Shown here in pieces: positions 51,023 through 60,467 of a stretch of DNA of 64,000 bases. Made by a program: the position numbers and the translations under genes. The notes under the pieces were generated by a model. That model was not told where the DNA came from and did no database searches. It worked only from the letters and a program-made list of their open reading frames with translations. Each line of letters opens with the position of its first letter. The first letter of the stretch is position 1. The stretch is taken from the NCBI RefSeq assembly GCF_965208895.1, contig NZ_OZ242363.1, positions 1,307,105-1,371,104 on the forward strand, in the 5' to 3' direction. Source of the stretch: Candidatus Poriferisodalis sp. (GTDB lineage: Bacteria; Actinomycetota; Acidimicrobiia; Acidimicrobiales; Poriferisodalaceae).

Positions 51023-52276
51023 TCATCCGGTCGGTGTCAGCTCGATGTGCCCGGTTTCCTCATCGACGTCTATGGAGTAGCCGCAGATCGCAGCGAGGCG
51101 GTCGCGCCCCTCCTCGGGCCCCGATGCGAGCAGCTCGTCTCCGACCCACAGCCGCACCGTGCGCGGCGGGTTGTATATGTAGCTGGCGGCACGGCGAATG
51201 GCCAGCACGTGATAACCGGGGTCCACCGCCAAACCCAGTGACGCGAGCGTCGAGTCGTCGGCCTCAGAGCCGGGTGCGACCGGCACCTGAACCACCACGT
51301 CATCGGTGTCGCCGAGTGCGAGCGCCAGCACGGGGTGTATGTCCTCGTCTTCGAGGACGAGGGAGGTGATGTTGCGAGCCTGATCACCGATGTCTTCCGC
51401 TGCTTCGGCCACGTGCAGCAGGCCGCGCAGGCCCGCGGGATCGGCGTCTGGGGCATCGGCGGCCATATCCGCCGCTGCGCGCAGCACCCACGTCTGCATG
51501 GAGACCTTCATGCCGTCAAGCCGCTCCTGCATGGACCGCACCTCGCGGGCCAGCGACAGGTCGTGCAACACGAGCGAGGAATATGCCAGTCCGATGGCCG
51601 CTTCGGACAGGTTCTTCATCTCGACCAGCGTGTCGACGGCCCGATCGAGGTCGCTGAGCGCATGCTCTTCGTCGGGCTCGGGAGGGTTCCAGCGCTCCAT
51701 GGCGGCCAGTTCCCGCAGCCGCACGATGCCCGCTGGGTCGCCGCGCATGAACAGCACGTCGCCGGGCTCCACGATGCTGTCGCCGCCGACGTCGGTCAGC
51801 CAGTGACGTCCTCGCTGAATGGCGACCACGCGCATGCCGACGGCTACCGGCAGCTCCATGTCACGCAGCGGCCGGTTCGCCAAGTGGCTGCCGGCGGCTA
51901 CGACCAACCGGTGCGATACCTCGGCCGCTTGCGCCAGATCCACGATGAGCGCACGAGGAATGCCCAGGTGGTGCAGCACCGTCTTGGAGATGTCCACTGC
52001 CGCATTGGCAATCTGCTCAATGGATGACACCACCTGCAGGACCGAGCTCATTCCGTCCACCTCGCGCGGGTGCCGCACAGCCAGCATCGCCAGCGACCGC
52101 ATCTCGTGCACCAAGGCGGACATGTCTTTTTCGAGACCCAGCACCGCGTCGGCCATGCCCTCGTCGTCGAAGTAGAGCGCGGCGTAGGCCAGATCGACCA
52201 TGAGCTCGGACGCGTCCTTGGCCTCCGCGAGCATGGATTTCAGATTTCGGGGTTTGTCTTCAGGGTCTGATCGCAT
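51023..52276 (-). CDS. PhoU-like plus TrkA-C (RCK_C) domain regulatory protein
   Basis: There are two repeats of a PhoU-like helical segment (..ELMVDLAYAALYF.. and ..EAAIGLAYSSLVL..), each followed by a TrkA-C-like segment (..GSHLANRPLRDMELP.., ..IVEPGDVLFMRG..). Confidence 0.6.
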   Translation of the reverse strand: MRSDPEDKPRNLKSMLAEAKDASELMVDLAYAALYFDDEGMADAVLGLEKDMSALVHEMRSLAMLAVRHPREVDGMSSVLQVVSSIEQIANAAVDISKTVLHHLGIPRALIVDLAQAAEVSHRLVVAAGSHLANRPLRDMELPVAVGMRVVAIQRGRHWLTDVGGDSIVEPGDVLFMRGDPAGIVRLRELAAMERWNPPEPDEEHALSDLDRAVDTLVEMKNLSEAAIGLAYSSLVLHDLSLAREVRSMQERLDGMKVSMQTWVLRAAADMAADAPDADPAGLRGLLHVAEAAEDIGDQARNITSLVLEDEDIHPVLALALGDTDDVVVQVPVAPGSEADDSTLASLGLAVDPGYHVLAIRRAASYIYNPPRTVRLWVGDELLASGPEEGRDRLAAICGYSIDVDEETGHIELTPTG

Positions 52277-52393
52277 TTCAGATCGTCAGCGGGCGACGCG
52301 ACGAGCTCCATTCAGCTTGGGGACACGATTGCGCCGCCGCCCACAGCGTAGGCACAGCGGCACGGGAAGGAAGATTGAATTCATGACAGCTGC

Positions 52394-52474
52394 CACATCG
52401 CGCCTGTCACGACTGGCCGTTGCACTGCGCCTGTCATGACAGGCTGCTGCACTGCGCCTGTCATGACAGGCCGA
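52394..52474. repeat. Three tandem 27-nt repeats; the last two each contain the perfect 16-bp palindrome GCCTGTCATGACAGGC
   Basis: The palindromes are at 52429-52444 and 52456-52471. A degenerate first unit lies at 52394-52420. The MgtE-like stop codon (52461-52463) lies inside the second palindrome. Confidence 0.9.
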
Positions 52475-53813
52475 CCCAGCTGACGGCCAGCACGAGCGCC
52501 GCGGCACCGGCGAGGTCGACCGTGCTGTTGACGAGCGGGATGCCATAGGTGTCCGGGTCGACGCCGATACGAGTGGCAACAACCGTGCCGTAATAGGCGA
52601 TGACCCCGGCCAGCGCCGTGGCGATCATGCCGCCGATGAGCGAGATGGCCACGAGCCGAGCCACACCCGGTGTCGACATCGAGAACACGGTTGCTGCTGC
52701 GCTGGCGAGCACGCCGTTCAGCACAAACACCGGCACGGTCAGGGTGAAGGCAAACAGAATGTCGAGCCGAGCGCCGCGTTGAGGCAGCGCCCGGGGCTCG
52801 ATGACGCCGAGATGCAGCTTGGTCGACAGCCGGCTCGACAAGATGCCGCCGATGGCACCCGCGGCTGCCAGACACGCGGGCACCAAGATGAGCACCGCCC
52901 GCTTGTCGATGAAGTCATCGAGACGGTGTTCGATCACCACGCCGGCCACGATGAGCACGAGGCCGCCGACGCACAGTACCGGTATGGATTCGCGCAGGAT
53001 CTGCCAGAGCTGTTCCAGTCCCGAACGCCACGCCCAAGCCATCGCAGCAGCGGCCCCGATGGCGCTGACGATCGCGATAAGCGGCGTGAGGGCGGTGATC
53101 CCGACGAGGTAACTGGCCAGGAACAGCGCCGGAAGCGTCACGACGTCGCCCATCGCGGAGATGAGGGGCGCGCTGACATTGTCCAGGTCCCAGCCTCGCC
53201 GTGTGGAACTCGCTGCGAGCCCAAGTGTCACGACGAGCACGACGATGGAAGCGAGCTGCGCTCCGACGACGGAGACCACGATGAGATCGGTGACACCGAT
53301 GATGTCGGAGAGCCCGAACACCGGCGCCAGCACCTTGGCCATCACGCCGAGCGCCACCGCCGTCACGAGTGTCAGCACGGCTGCGGCAATCACGTTCTGA
53401 CCGACGATCGTGTCGCTCCGAGCCGTCGCGCGGAACGTCCCTGCGTGAATGGTCGTGGCGAGACGGCTGCCGAGCGCGCCGAAGATGTCGCCCCGCATGC
53501 CGATCGCAGCAGGAACCAGCACGAGCAGGCCCGGCAGGCGCTCGAGCGTCCCGGTGACCGCGGCCAGCAGCACACCTGCCGCTGTGGCGGTCAAGCTGCT
53601 GACCGCGAGCGCCGTGAGGCTCTGGCGGGCGCCGGTGATGTCGGGGCCGAGCAAGCCGCGCAAGAAGCCGAACGGGTGCAGCCTGGCCACCGGACGGAGT
53701 AATGCGCGGCCAGCAGGCCGCCCGCGGGCGGCCCCTGCGAGGGCGCGCCAAGTCTGCGTGCCGGTGCGCCTCAGGGCGCGGCGCGGCGCAGCTTCGCCCT
53801 CTGCCATAGGCAA
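52461..53813 (-). CDS. MgtE-like divalent-cation transporter (two MgtE-type TM domains, no N-terminal CBS part)
   Basis: ..LVLVPAAIGMRGDIFGALGSRLAT.. and ..LILVPACLAAAGAIGGILSSRLST.. are duplicated MgtE-TM-like motifs. The start is uncertain. Confidence 0.55.
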   Translation of the reverse strand: MPMAEGEAAPRRALRRTGTQTWRALAGAARGRPAGRALLRPVARLHPFGFLRGLLGPDITGARQSLTALAVSSLTATAAGVLLAAVTGTLERLPGLLVLVPAAIGMRGDIFGALGSRLATTIHAGTFRATARSDTIVGQNVIAAAVLTLVTAVALGVMAKVLAPVFGLSDIIGVTDLIVVSVVGAQLASIVVLVVTLGLAASSTRRGWDLDNVSAPLISAMGDVVTLPALFLASYLVGITALTPLIAIVSAIGAAAAMAWAWRSGLEQLWQILRESIPVLCVGGLVLIVAGVVIEHRLDDFIDKRAVLILVPACLAAAGAIGGILSSRLSTKLHLGVIEPRALPQRGARLDILFAFTLTVPVFVLNGVLASAAATVFSMSTPGVARLVAISLIGGMIATALAGVIAYYGTVVATRIGVDPDTYGIPLVNSTVDLAGAAALVLAVSWVGLS

Positions 53814-53888
53814 AGAGTGGCAGCCCTGCTCGTGGTCGCGCGCGTTGGTGCGCCCGCTATGGCATCTGCGTCTCGCAGCTCAAACCCT

Positions 53889-54635
53889 CTAGGAGGGGGG
53901 TTCGAGCAGAAAGGTGAACAATGCGGCGAGTTCCGGCGGGCCGCCGGGAATGTTGCCGGCGAACCGCAGGACCACCTCGTTGTTTGCATCGACGGCAACG
54001 AGGTACGGCACCGACTGAAGACCGAATGCATCGACGACTGACAGCGCCGGCGTGTCGGCAACGACGGGATGCTGCCAGCCTTTGTCTCGCAGCCACTTCT
54101 CCGGCGGATGGTTGCCGCGGGTGGGATCTTCGAGCACCGAGACGGCGTAGAAGTCGACGCCGGCGGGCAGCTCATTGGATTCCAGCCACTTGGTGAGATC
54201 GTCCACCTCGGCTTGGCAGTGCGGGCACCAGTGGGCATAGAAGGCCACGACCATCGGCCGTCCTTGACTCTCGATGCGCACAGATTCGCCGGTGAGCAGG
54301 TCTGGGCCGACCACCACCGGCGGCGTTCGCCCGACGGCGGGGTCGTCTTCCAGTTGCTCGAACTGCGGCAGCGCCGTGCCGAACACCTCCGTCTGGCCAG
54401 GCGGCGCGTCTGAAGCGGACGTGGCCTCCGCCGAAGTAGCCGGCGCATCAACTGGCGCGGTGACCACGGGCGCGTCAGCGGATTCGGTGCCGGCTGGCGC
54501 AGTGGTGGTCGGTGTTGTCACATCGCCGCCACAAGCGGCGACGAGAACCGATGCACACAGGACAATGGCCGCTCGCCGCACAACGGCCAAGGCTAGACAC
54601 CGCGCGGGATTTCGGTTTCTCAGGCTTGGCGGCAA
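53889..54635 (-). CDS. TlpA/ResA-like thioredoxin-fold lipoprotein
   Basis: The lipobox reads ..VLVAAC.. and the CxxC site reads ..FYAHWCPHCQAE... Confidence 0.8.
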   Translation of the reverse strand: MPPSLRNRNPARCLALAVVRRAAIVLCASVLVAACGGDVTTPTTTAPAGTESADAPVVTAPVDAPATSAEATSASDAPPGQTEVFGTALPQFEQLEDDPAVGRTPPVVVGPDLLTGESVRIESQGRPMVVAFYAHWCPHCQAEVDDLTKWLESNELPAGVDFYAVSVLEDPTRGNHPPEKWLRDKGWQHPVVADTPALSVVDAFGLQSVPYLVAVDANNEVVLRFAGNIPGGPPELAALFTFLLEPPS

Positions 54636-55375
54636 GGCTGACTGGGCTCATCTGCCAAGAGTGCTGCGGCTGGAGGATCCACGACGACGGTGACGTCGGG
54701 ATGCAGTTGCAGCGCCGAGGCAGGCACTGATCTGGTGACCGGTCCCTCGAGAGCCCGGGCGACCGGGCGGGCTTTTGGTTGTCCGCATGCGACCAGGAGC
54801 AGCTTGCGGGCCAGGAGGATCGTGGCGATTCCCTGTGTGATTGCCGCTCTTGGCGGGCAGGTGCCGTCGGGGAAGGCGCGGGCGTTGTCGCTGCGGGTCT
54901 GCTCGTTGAGCTGGACCACGCGCGTGCTGCTGGCGAGAGACGAACCTGGTTCGTTGAAGGCGATGTGACCGTTGGTTCCGATGCCGAGCAGTTGGAGCCC
55001 GATGCGGGCGGCGCGTACACGTCGTTCGTAGTCGGCGCACTCGGCGTACAGGTCCGGGTTGTGCGGGTTGGGCCCGTGCATGGCGCCCGGCGAGAGATCG
55101 GTGGGCTGGACAAGCAGCCGGTTGACGGTGCTGGCAAATGAGCAGGGATCGTCGGGTTTGAGGCCGACGTACTCGTCGAGCAGATACACCTCGGTATGAG
55201 CCAAGCTCAGTGCCCCCCGCTGACAGCGTCCGGCGATCTCGGCGAGAGGTCCTTCCATGGTTTCGCCGGTGGCGATGCCCAGCGCTGTCGCTACGGCGCT
55301 GTTGACGAATCGTTCGACGATGTCCGCCGCGTGCTGCGCCGCCGCAGCCCGGTCGGGGGCCACGACGATTCTCAT
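54620..55375 (-). CDS. nagB: Glucosamine-6-phosphate deaminase
   Basis: ..LLGIGTNGHIAFNEPGSSLASSTRV.. and ..YLLDEYVG.. match NagB. Confidence 0.85.
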   Translation of the reverse strand: MRIVVAPDRAAAAQHAADIVERFVNSAVATALGIATGETMEGPLAEIAGRCQRGALSLAHTEVYLLDEYVGLKPDDPCSFASTVNRLLVQPTDLSPGAMHGPNPHNPDLYAECADYERRVRAARIGLQLLGIGTNGHIAFNEPGSSLASSTRVVQLNEQTRSDNARAFPDGTCPPRAAITQGIATILLARKLLLVACGQPKARPVARALEGPVTRSVPASALQLHPDVTVVVDPPAAALLADEPSQPCRQA

Positions 55376-56202
55376 CGCCGATCCGATGGCCTACCCGATA
55401 GGCCAGACCGTTCGACGGCGGCTGCGGCACCGACGATTCCGGCATGCATGCCGAGGTGCGCAATGTCCACCGGCTTGGACAACTTCAGCCGAGACGAATA
55501 CTTCTCGAAGCTCTCGCTGAGCCCGCCTCCGAGAACCCACCGACCCGGGTTGAGCATTGCTTCGAGCTGATCGAAGTACGGCTGGGCGCGTTCGGCCCAC
55601 CCCGCAGGCGTGAGCTCGTCGTCGGAGATGGCACGTCCCGACGCGACATCTTCGAACCGGACGGCGTCAACCGCGAGTCCGCCCAGTTCGGAGTTGGCGA
55701 TGAGGTTGCCGTCGTGGAGCAGGGCGCTTCCGATGCCGGTGCCGAACGTGAGCACGACGGTGAGACCGTTGTCGGGTCTGTCGGGTTGTCCGTAGGTGAG
55801 TTCGGCGAGTCCGGCGGCGTCTGCATCATTGATGAGCACGATTTCCGCGTCGCCTGGCGTCCGGAGCCGATCCAGTGCGCCCTCACGCTCCCACGCACTG
55901 GAGAGGTTCGGTGCGTGGCGCAGACACGATCCGACGATCACGCCCGGCAATGCGACTCCGACTGGCTCTGTCCAGTGCTCTGCCGCAGCCATCTGCCGGA
56001 CGAGTGCCGATACTTGTTCTGGTGTCGCCGTGCCCGGTGTCTGCGCGCTGTGGATCGGCCCCGCGAGCTGGCCGGTGTGCAGGTCGACGATGGCTCCCTT
56101 GATGCTGGTGCCGCCGACGTCAATGCCGAGTTGCGCGGCCAGGCCGTCGCGATCGGCGGGTGGCGAGTCGTTGAGAGGGTCGGCGGCGGCGATGGTGCTC
56201 AT
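55372..56202 (-). CDS. ROK-family sugar kinase, polyphosphate/ATP glucokinase (PpgK)-like
   Basis: ..LGIDVGGTSIKGAIVDL.., ..LINDADAAGLAE.. and ..LTFGTGIGSAL.. match the family. ATG 56202 overlaps the upstream stop as ATGA. The longer track ORF is spurious. Confidence 0.8.
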   Translation of the reverse strand: MSTIAAADPLNDSPPADRDGLAAQLGIDVGGTSIKGAIVDLHTGQLAGPIHSAQTPGTATPEQVSALVRQMAAAEHWTEPVGVALPGVIVGSCLRHAPNLSSAWEREGALDRLRTPGDAEIVLINDADAAGLAELTYGQPDRPDNGLTVVLTFGTGIGSALLHDGNLIANSELGGLAVDAVRFEDVASGRAISDDELTPAGWAERAQPYFDQLEAMLNPGRWVLGGGLSESFEKYSSRLKLSKPVDIAHLGMHAGIVGAAAAVERSGLSGRPSDRR

Positions 56203-56978
56203 CGGAAGACCTGCTGGGTCTTGGCGCCGGTGATGTAGGCGACGAGGTCGTCCTTGGTGACGTCGGCGACGGCGACCTCGGCGGTCTTGCGCCCTTGGCG
56301 CAGCACGACCGCCCGGTCGCAGACGTCGCTGACCCGATCCATGTTGTGGGTGATGAGCAGCACCGCCGCTCCGCCGTCGCGCAGGTTCCGTATCAGGTCG
56401 AGCACTCGGGCCGCCTGTTCCACCCCAAGGGCTGCTGCGGGCTCGTCGAGCATGACGATCTGGCGGCCCCAGGCGGTGGCTCGTCCGATGGCGACAGCTT
56501 GGCGTTGGCCGCCTGACAGCGCGCCCATGGAATGTCGCAGCGACGGAATGCGAATGCCGAGCCGTTCGAGTATGTGCTCGGTCTCGCTTCGCATGCGCTT
56601 CTTGTCGAGCACGCCGAGCCACGCGCCGATTGGCCCCCCACGGGTGTGCTCGCGGTTGAGGAAGAGGTTCTCTGCGACGTCGAGCGTGTCGATGACGGCC
56701 AGCGTCTGATGGACGGTTTCGATGCCCAGCGCTCGGGCTGCGTCGGGGGTGGTGATCGACGTCTCGGCGCCGTCGACCCTCATCATTCCCGCATCGGGCG
56801 CGTACACCCCGGCGACGCATTTCACGAGCGTCGACTTGCCCGCGCCGTTATCGCCCAGCAGGGCTGTGACCTCGCCGTAGCGGAGCACGAGATCTACGTG
56901 GTCCAGGGCCTGCACCGCCCGGAAGGATTTGCACAGGCCCTCCACCTCGAGGGCGGCGACCGTTGCTCCGGCGTTCAT
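56199..56978 (-). CDS. Sugar ABC transporter ATP-binding protein (single-cassette, ribose-type family)
   Basis: Walker A is GDNGAGKST, the signature is LSGGQRQ and Walker B is VMLDEP. The start is trimmed to ATG 56978. Confidence 0.8.
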   Translation of the reverse strand: MNAGATVAALEVEGLCKSFRAVQALDHVDLVLRYGEVTALLGDNGAGKSTLVKCVAGVYAPDAGMMRVDGAETSITTPDAARALGIETVHQTLAVIDTLDVAENLFLNREHTRGGPIGAWLGVLDKKRMRSETEHILERLGIRIPSLRHSMGALSGGQRQAVAIGRATAWGRQIVMLDEPAAALGVEQAARVLDLIRNLRDGGAAVLLITHNMDRVSDVCDRAVVLRQGRKTAEVAVADVTKDDLVAYITGAKTQQVFR

Positions 56979-58183
56979 GCCGGCTCCTCGAACTGGACCG
57001 GGTCGCCGAAGCCATTCCAGACGCCGACGACGCGAGGCCTGCGGTGGGCAACACCGGCGACGCAGGCGACGAACGCACGGGTGACGAAGGCCTGCACCCG
57101 AAAACCGAATATGACCGTCGAGCCTTCCTTGAAGGTGCGCTCGCCCGCGGGGACCAGCTTGGCGTAGTAGTCGATCGCAGCCGGGCTGGGCATCTCGACC
57201 GGCACGGGCGGCGTCGCGATCTCCGAAGGATCGTCGGCCACGACAGCGCGCACCTGGTAGTCGCCGAACACCGGGTCGATGTACAGGCCGCCGCCGAAGC
57301 ACAGCGGAACTCCGTGGTGCAGGTGGGCGATCTCGCTGAGGTAGAGCACTGCAGGCAGCTCGGGGAGTTCGCGCACCGCATGCAGCGGTGTGGTGCCGCT
57401 GAGGCCGTGGCCAGGTTCCACCTGGGTCGCACCGGCCTCGGCCAGCAACCGCAGCACCTCGGTTGAGGTGGTGCCGGGGGCGTTGAGCTGCAGCTGGCTT
57501 GGGGCCCCATGACGGCGATGGGCGACGGCGGCGGCCCGAGCAAGGGTGCTCATGTTCGGGGTGATGCGAGCGCTCTGAGACGACCCGTCGTACAGCAGTG
57601 CAGGGAAGGTGGTGAGCCCGGCGAAGGTCGCGCCGTCAAGCGAGGCGATGTGGTCGATCATGGCCGGCAGGTCGCTCAGCGGAATCCCTCCCTCGTGACC
57701 TGCGTAGAACTCGTCGCCATCGTCGAAGACGCGCACCAGCAGCGGCTGCGAGCGGCCACGGCTGCGAGCGGCCGCGGCAGCTTCGTCCGCCTTGTTGCGC
57801 GAGAACACCGTCCAGTAGTCGGGCGCCAAGCCGGCCGCCTCGGGAGCCTCCCCGCGAGGCACCTGCACGAGGTGGCCGAGATGACCGAGGCTGTGGCCGC
57901 GGCGCACAATCGGGCGCGCACACGCCATGTCCACCGCGACGAACCCGTCGGCGCCTCCTGCCGCGATCGCGTCGAGTGCTGCGGGTGCGCGACCGATCTG
58001 TTTGGTCATCGCGTACACGGTGAGGTCCAGATCTCGGGCATGGCTGCACAGACCGGCTGTGTTGGCTTCGATCGCGTCGAGGTCGAGCACGTAGCTGTTG
58101 GCAGGGATCACGCCGGCTTGGTGCAGATCGACGGCAGCGCGCACGAATCCGGGGTTGCGCTGCAGGAGCGTGCGCAGGAACAC
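56975..58183 (-). CDS. Alanine-racemase-fold (type III PLP, YhfX-like) protein
   Basis: ..NSYVLDLDAIEANT.., ..VYAMTKQIGR.. (a candidate PLP lysine) and the barrel plus C-terminal beta domain layout fit this fold. The assignment is by resemblance only. Confidence 0.5.
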   Translation of the reverse strand: MFLRTLLQRNPGFVRAAVDLHQAGVIPANSYVLDLDAIEANTAGLCSHARDLDLTVYAMTKQIGRAPAALDAIAAGGADGFVAVDMACARPIVRRGHSLGHLGHLVQVPRGEAPEAAGLAPDYWTVFSRNKADEAAAAARSRGRSQPLLVRVFDDGDEFYAGHEGGIPLSDLPAMIDHIASLDGATFAGLTTFPALLYDGSSQSARITPNMSTLARAAAVAHRRHGAPSQLQLNAPGTTSTEVLRLLAEAGATQVEPGHGLSGTTPLHAVRELPELPAVLYLSEIAHLHHGVPLCFGGGLYIDPVFGDYQVRAVVADDPSEIATPPVPVEMPSPAAIDYYAKLVPAGERTFKEGSTVIFGFRVQAFVTRAFVACVAGVAHRRPRVVGVWNGFGDPVQFEEPA

Positions 58184-58184
58184 C

Positions 58185-59156
58185 TCAGGCCTCCTTGTGC
58201 TCTCGCATGCTCAGCGCAACGGCGAGGATGATGATCACCCCACGGGCGATGAGCTGATCAGCGACGCGCAAACCCATCAGGATCAGGCCGTTGTTGAGCA
58301 TCGCCATGACGATCGATCCAGTGATGGCGCCTGCGACCGAGGCGCGCCCGCCGAAGAGGTTGGTACCCCCGATGACCACCGCGGCGATCACCGTCAGCAG
58401 CAGGTTCTCGCCGAGGTCATGGCGGCCGATAGCGAGCCGGCCGGCCAGCAGCATCCCCGCAAGCGAGGCAGCCGAGGCGCTGGCGACGAGCGCGGTGATA
58501 CGGACCCGATCCGTCTTGATCCCCAACGCCCCAGCAGCGGAACGATCTGCGCCGACGGCGAGCACATGTCGGCCCCAGCGCAAGTGGTGCAGCACCAGAT
58601 GGCCGACGGCACCGACGATGACGGTCCAGATCAGCAGCGACGAGATCGGTCCCAGCGATCCGGCGCCGAACACGTTCAGGTAGGTGTCGTTGCGGATCGG
58701 CAGCGACTGCAGGTTGTTGAGGTTGCGGGCGATGCCGCTGACAATGCCGAGCGTCCCCAGCGTGACCAGAAACGACGGGATGCGGACCTTGACGGCGATC
58801 AGCCCGTTGACGGCCCCGATCCCGACGCCGATCGCCAACGTGATCGCGACACCGGCAGCGAACCCGAAGCTGCCGACAGCGTCAGCCACCACCAGCGACG
58901 ACAGCGCCGCAACCGAGCCGATGGACAGATCGATCTCGGCTGCGCCGAGCGCGAACGCCATTCCGACCGCCATCACAGCGATCGGCGCCGCCTGACGGCC
59001 GATGTTCAACAGGTTCGAGACGGTGACAAACCCGTCGTCACGCAGCACGACAGCGAACAGGACGAAGATGAGGCCCGCGGCGGCATAGACCACATACTGG
59101 CGAGGCGCGGCGAACTGCCTGCGCTGGGCGAACCGTCTGATCGAAGATTCAGTCAA
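58185..59156 (-). CDS. Sugar ABC transporter permease (RbsC/branched-type family)
   Basis: The 323-aa ORF is multi-TM and contains ..TGGIDLSIGS-like ..AAEIDLSIGSVAAL... Confidence 0.8.
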   Translation of the reverse strand: MTESSIRRFAQRRQFAAPRQYVVYAAAGLIFVLFAVVLRDDGFVTVSNLLNIGRQAAPIAVMAVGMAFALGAAEIDLSIGSVAALSSLVVADAVGSFGFAAGVAITLAIGVGIGAVNGLIAVKVRIPSFLVTLGTLGIVSGIARNLNNLQSLPIRNDTYLNVFGAGSLGPISSLLIWTVIVGAVGHLVLHHLRWGRHVLAVGADRSAAGALGIKTDRVRITALVASASAASLAGMLLAGRLAIGRHDLGENLLLTVIAAVVIGGTNLFGGRASVAGAITGSIVMAMLNNGLILMGLRVADQLIARGVIIILAVALSMREHKEA

Positions 59157-59256
59157 CTGACCGACCGCAACTCACTCATGTAGACGACGATGGAATTCTC
59201 GTGCCCCGCCGACGAGTCTCGCCGACGGGGCACGAGCCACGGGGAGGGATTCCTCG

Positions 59257-60447
59257 TCAGCGGTCCAGCGCGTCGAGCACTTCTTGGGGGGGATCGGCCG
59301 CGAGCGATTGCTGGTAGCCCTCCACGATGTTGTCGGCGGTGACACCGATCGCAGGCACCACGACGAACGCCGGTGCCGATTTGCCCAACAGCCCGTAGGC
59401 CCCTTCCAGCGCCATCGTGCGACCGAGGTTGTATGCCTCGTCGGCTGCGATTCCCACGACGTTGCCGCCCTCGACGAGATCGAGGGACACGTTGGTGTCG
59501 AGGTCCATCGTCACCAGCGCTACATCGGAGGCGCCCGCAGCACGCAGGGCGGCCAGCACCCCGTCGGCTGGGCCGGCCGACCACGGGGCGTAGATGCCAT
59601 CCAGATCAGGGTGGCGGGTCAGCATCGCCGTGGCGATCTCCTCAGCGGCGGCCGGGTCGGCGAGCCCCTGCTCCGCGACGATCGTGATGCCGGGATAGTT
59701 GATCTCGATCCAGGACTTGAACGCCTGATCCCGTTGGTTGGTGACGTAGTACGCAGCATCGTGGAAGATGTAGCCCACCTCGCCTTCGCCGCCGAGGGCT
59801 TCAGCAAGCAGGTCTGCCGCGGTGATGCCCATGGCGGCCAAGTCATCAGTCACGATGCCCACGTAGTCCTCGCCGTGCACGTAACCCTGCGGGATGTTGG
59901 ACAGGAACACGAGCTGCACCCCCGCCTCCACCGCCGGGCGGAACGCCTCCGCACCCGCATCGGGGCCGATGGCGAGGCTGATGATGACGTCCGGCTGCTG
60001 GGCCATGACCGTTTCGACGTCATTGGCCTGCTGGGCTGCGTCGAAGTTCGCGTTCGTCTCGGCGACCACCTCGATTCCCAGTTCTGCAAATGCGTCGCGG
60101 GCGCCCTGGCTCACCGCGTCGGTGAACGCGCCGGCCGTGTGCCACAGCAGCGCCGCTGTGTAGCCCCCCTGCTGCACCTCGGCGATCTCGTCGTCGCTCA
60201 GCGTGATCTGGCCCGACGCGATGGCTTCTTCGCCGCCGGGGCCTTGTGTCTTCGGCGGCTCGGGTGCCGGCTCGGGTTCGGGCTCAGGTTCCGGTTCGGG
60301 TTCCGTCGCTGCTGGCGCGGCGGCGGTCGCCGGAGTTGCACCGTCGCCGTCACCGCCGTCATCGCCGCACGACGCGGCGAACAGTGTGAATGCCGCGATC
60401 AGCGACACCCACAACAGCAGCCGGGGTGTCCGTGTGTTGTTGATCAT
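59257..60447 (-). CDS. Sugar ABC substrate-binding lipoprotein (periplasmic-binding-protein type I) with an (EP)n linker
   Basis: The lipobox is ..LFAASC.. and the linker is EPEPEPEPEPEPAPEP. A PBP-like core follows. Confidence 0.75.
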   Translation of the reverse strand: MINNTRTPRLLLWVSLIAAFTLFAASCGDDGGDGDGATPATAAAPAATEPEPEPEPEPEPAPEPPKTQGPGGEEAIASGQITLSDDEIAEVQQGGYTAALLWHTAGAFTDAVSQGARDAFAELGIEVVAETNANFDAAQQANDVETVMAQQPDVIISLAIGPDAGAEAFRPAVEAGVQLVFLSNIPQGYVHGEDYVGIVTDDLAAMGITAADLLAEALGGEGEVGYIFHDAAYYVTNQRDQAFKSWIEINYPGITIVAEQGLADPAAAEEIATAMLTRHPDLDGIYAPWSAGPADGVLAALRAAGASDVALVTMDLDTNVSLDLVEGGNVVGIAADEAYNLGRTMALEGAYGLLGKSAPAFVVVPAIGVTADNIVEGYQQSLAADPPQEVLDALDR

Positions 60448-60467
60448 GTCCCCTCCCAGGGTTCCGT

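Noticed and set aside
60255-60310. Repetitive ggctcgggttcgggctcaggttccggttcggg stretch
   Set aside because: It is the antisense of an (EP)n linker in the sugar-binding lipoprotein. This is a low-complexity coding region, not a regulatory or mobile repeat.
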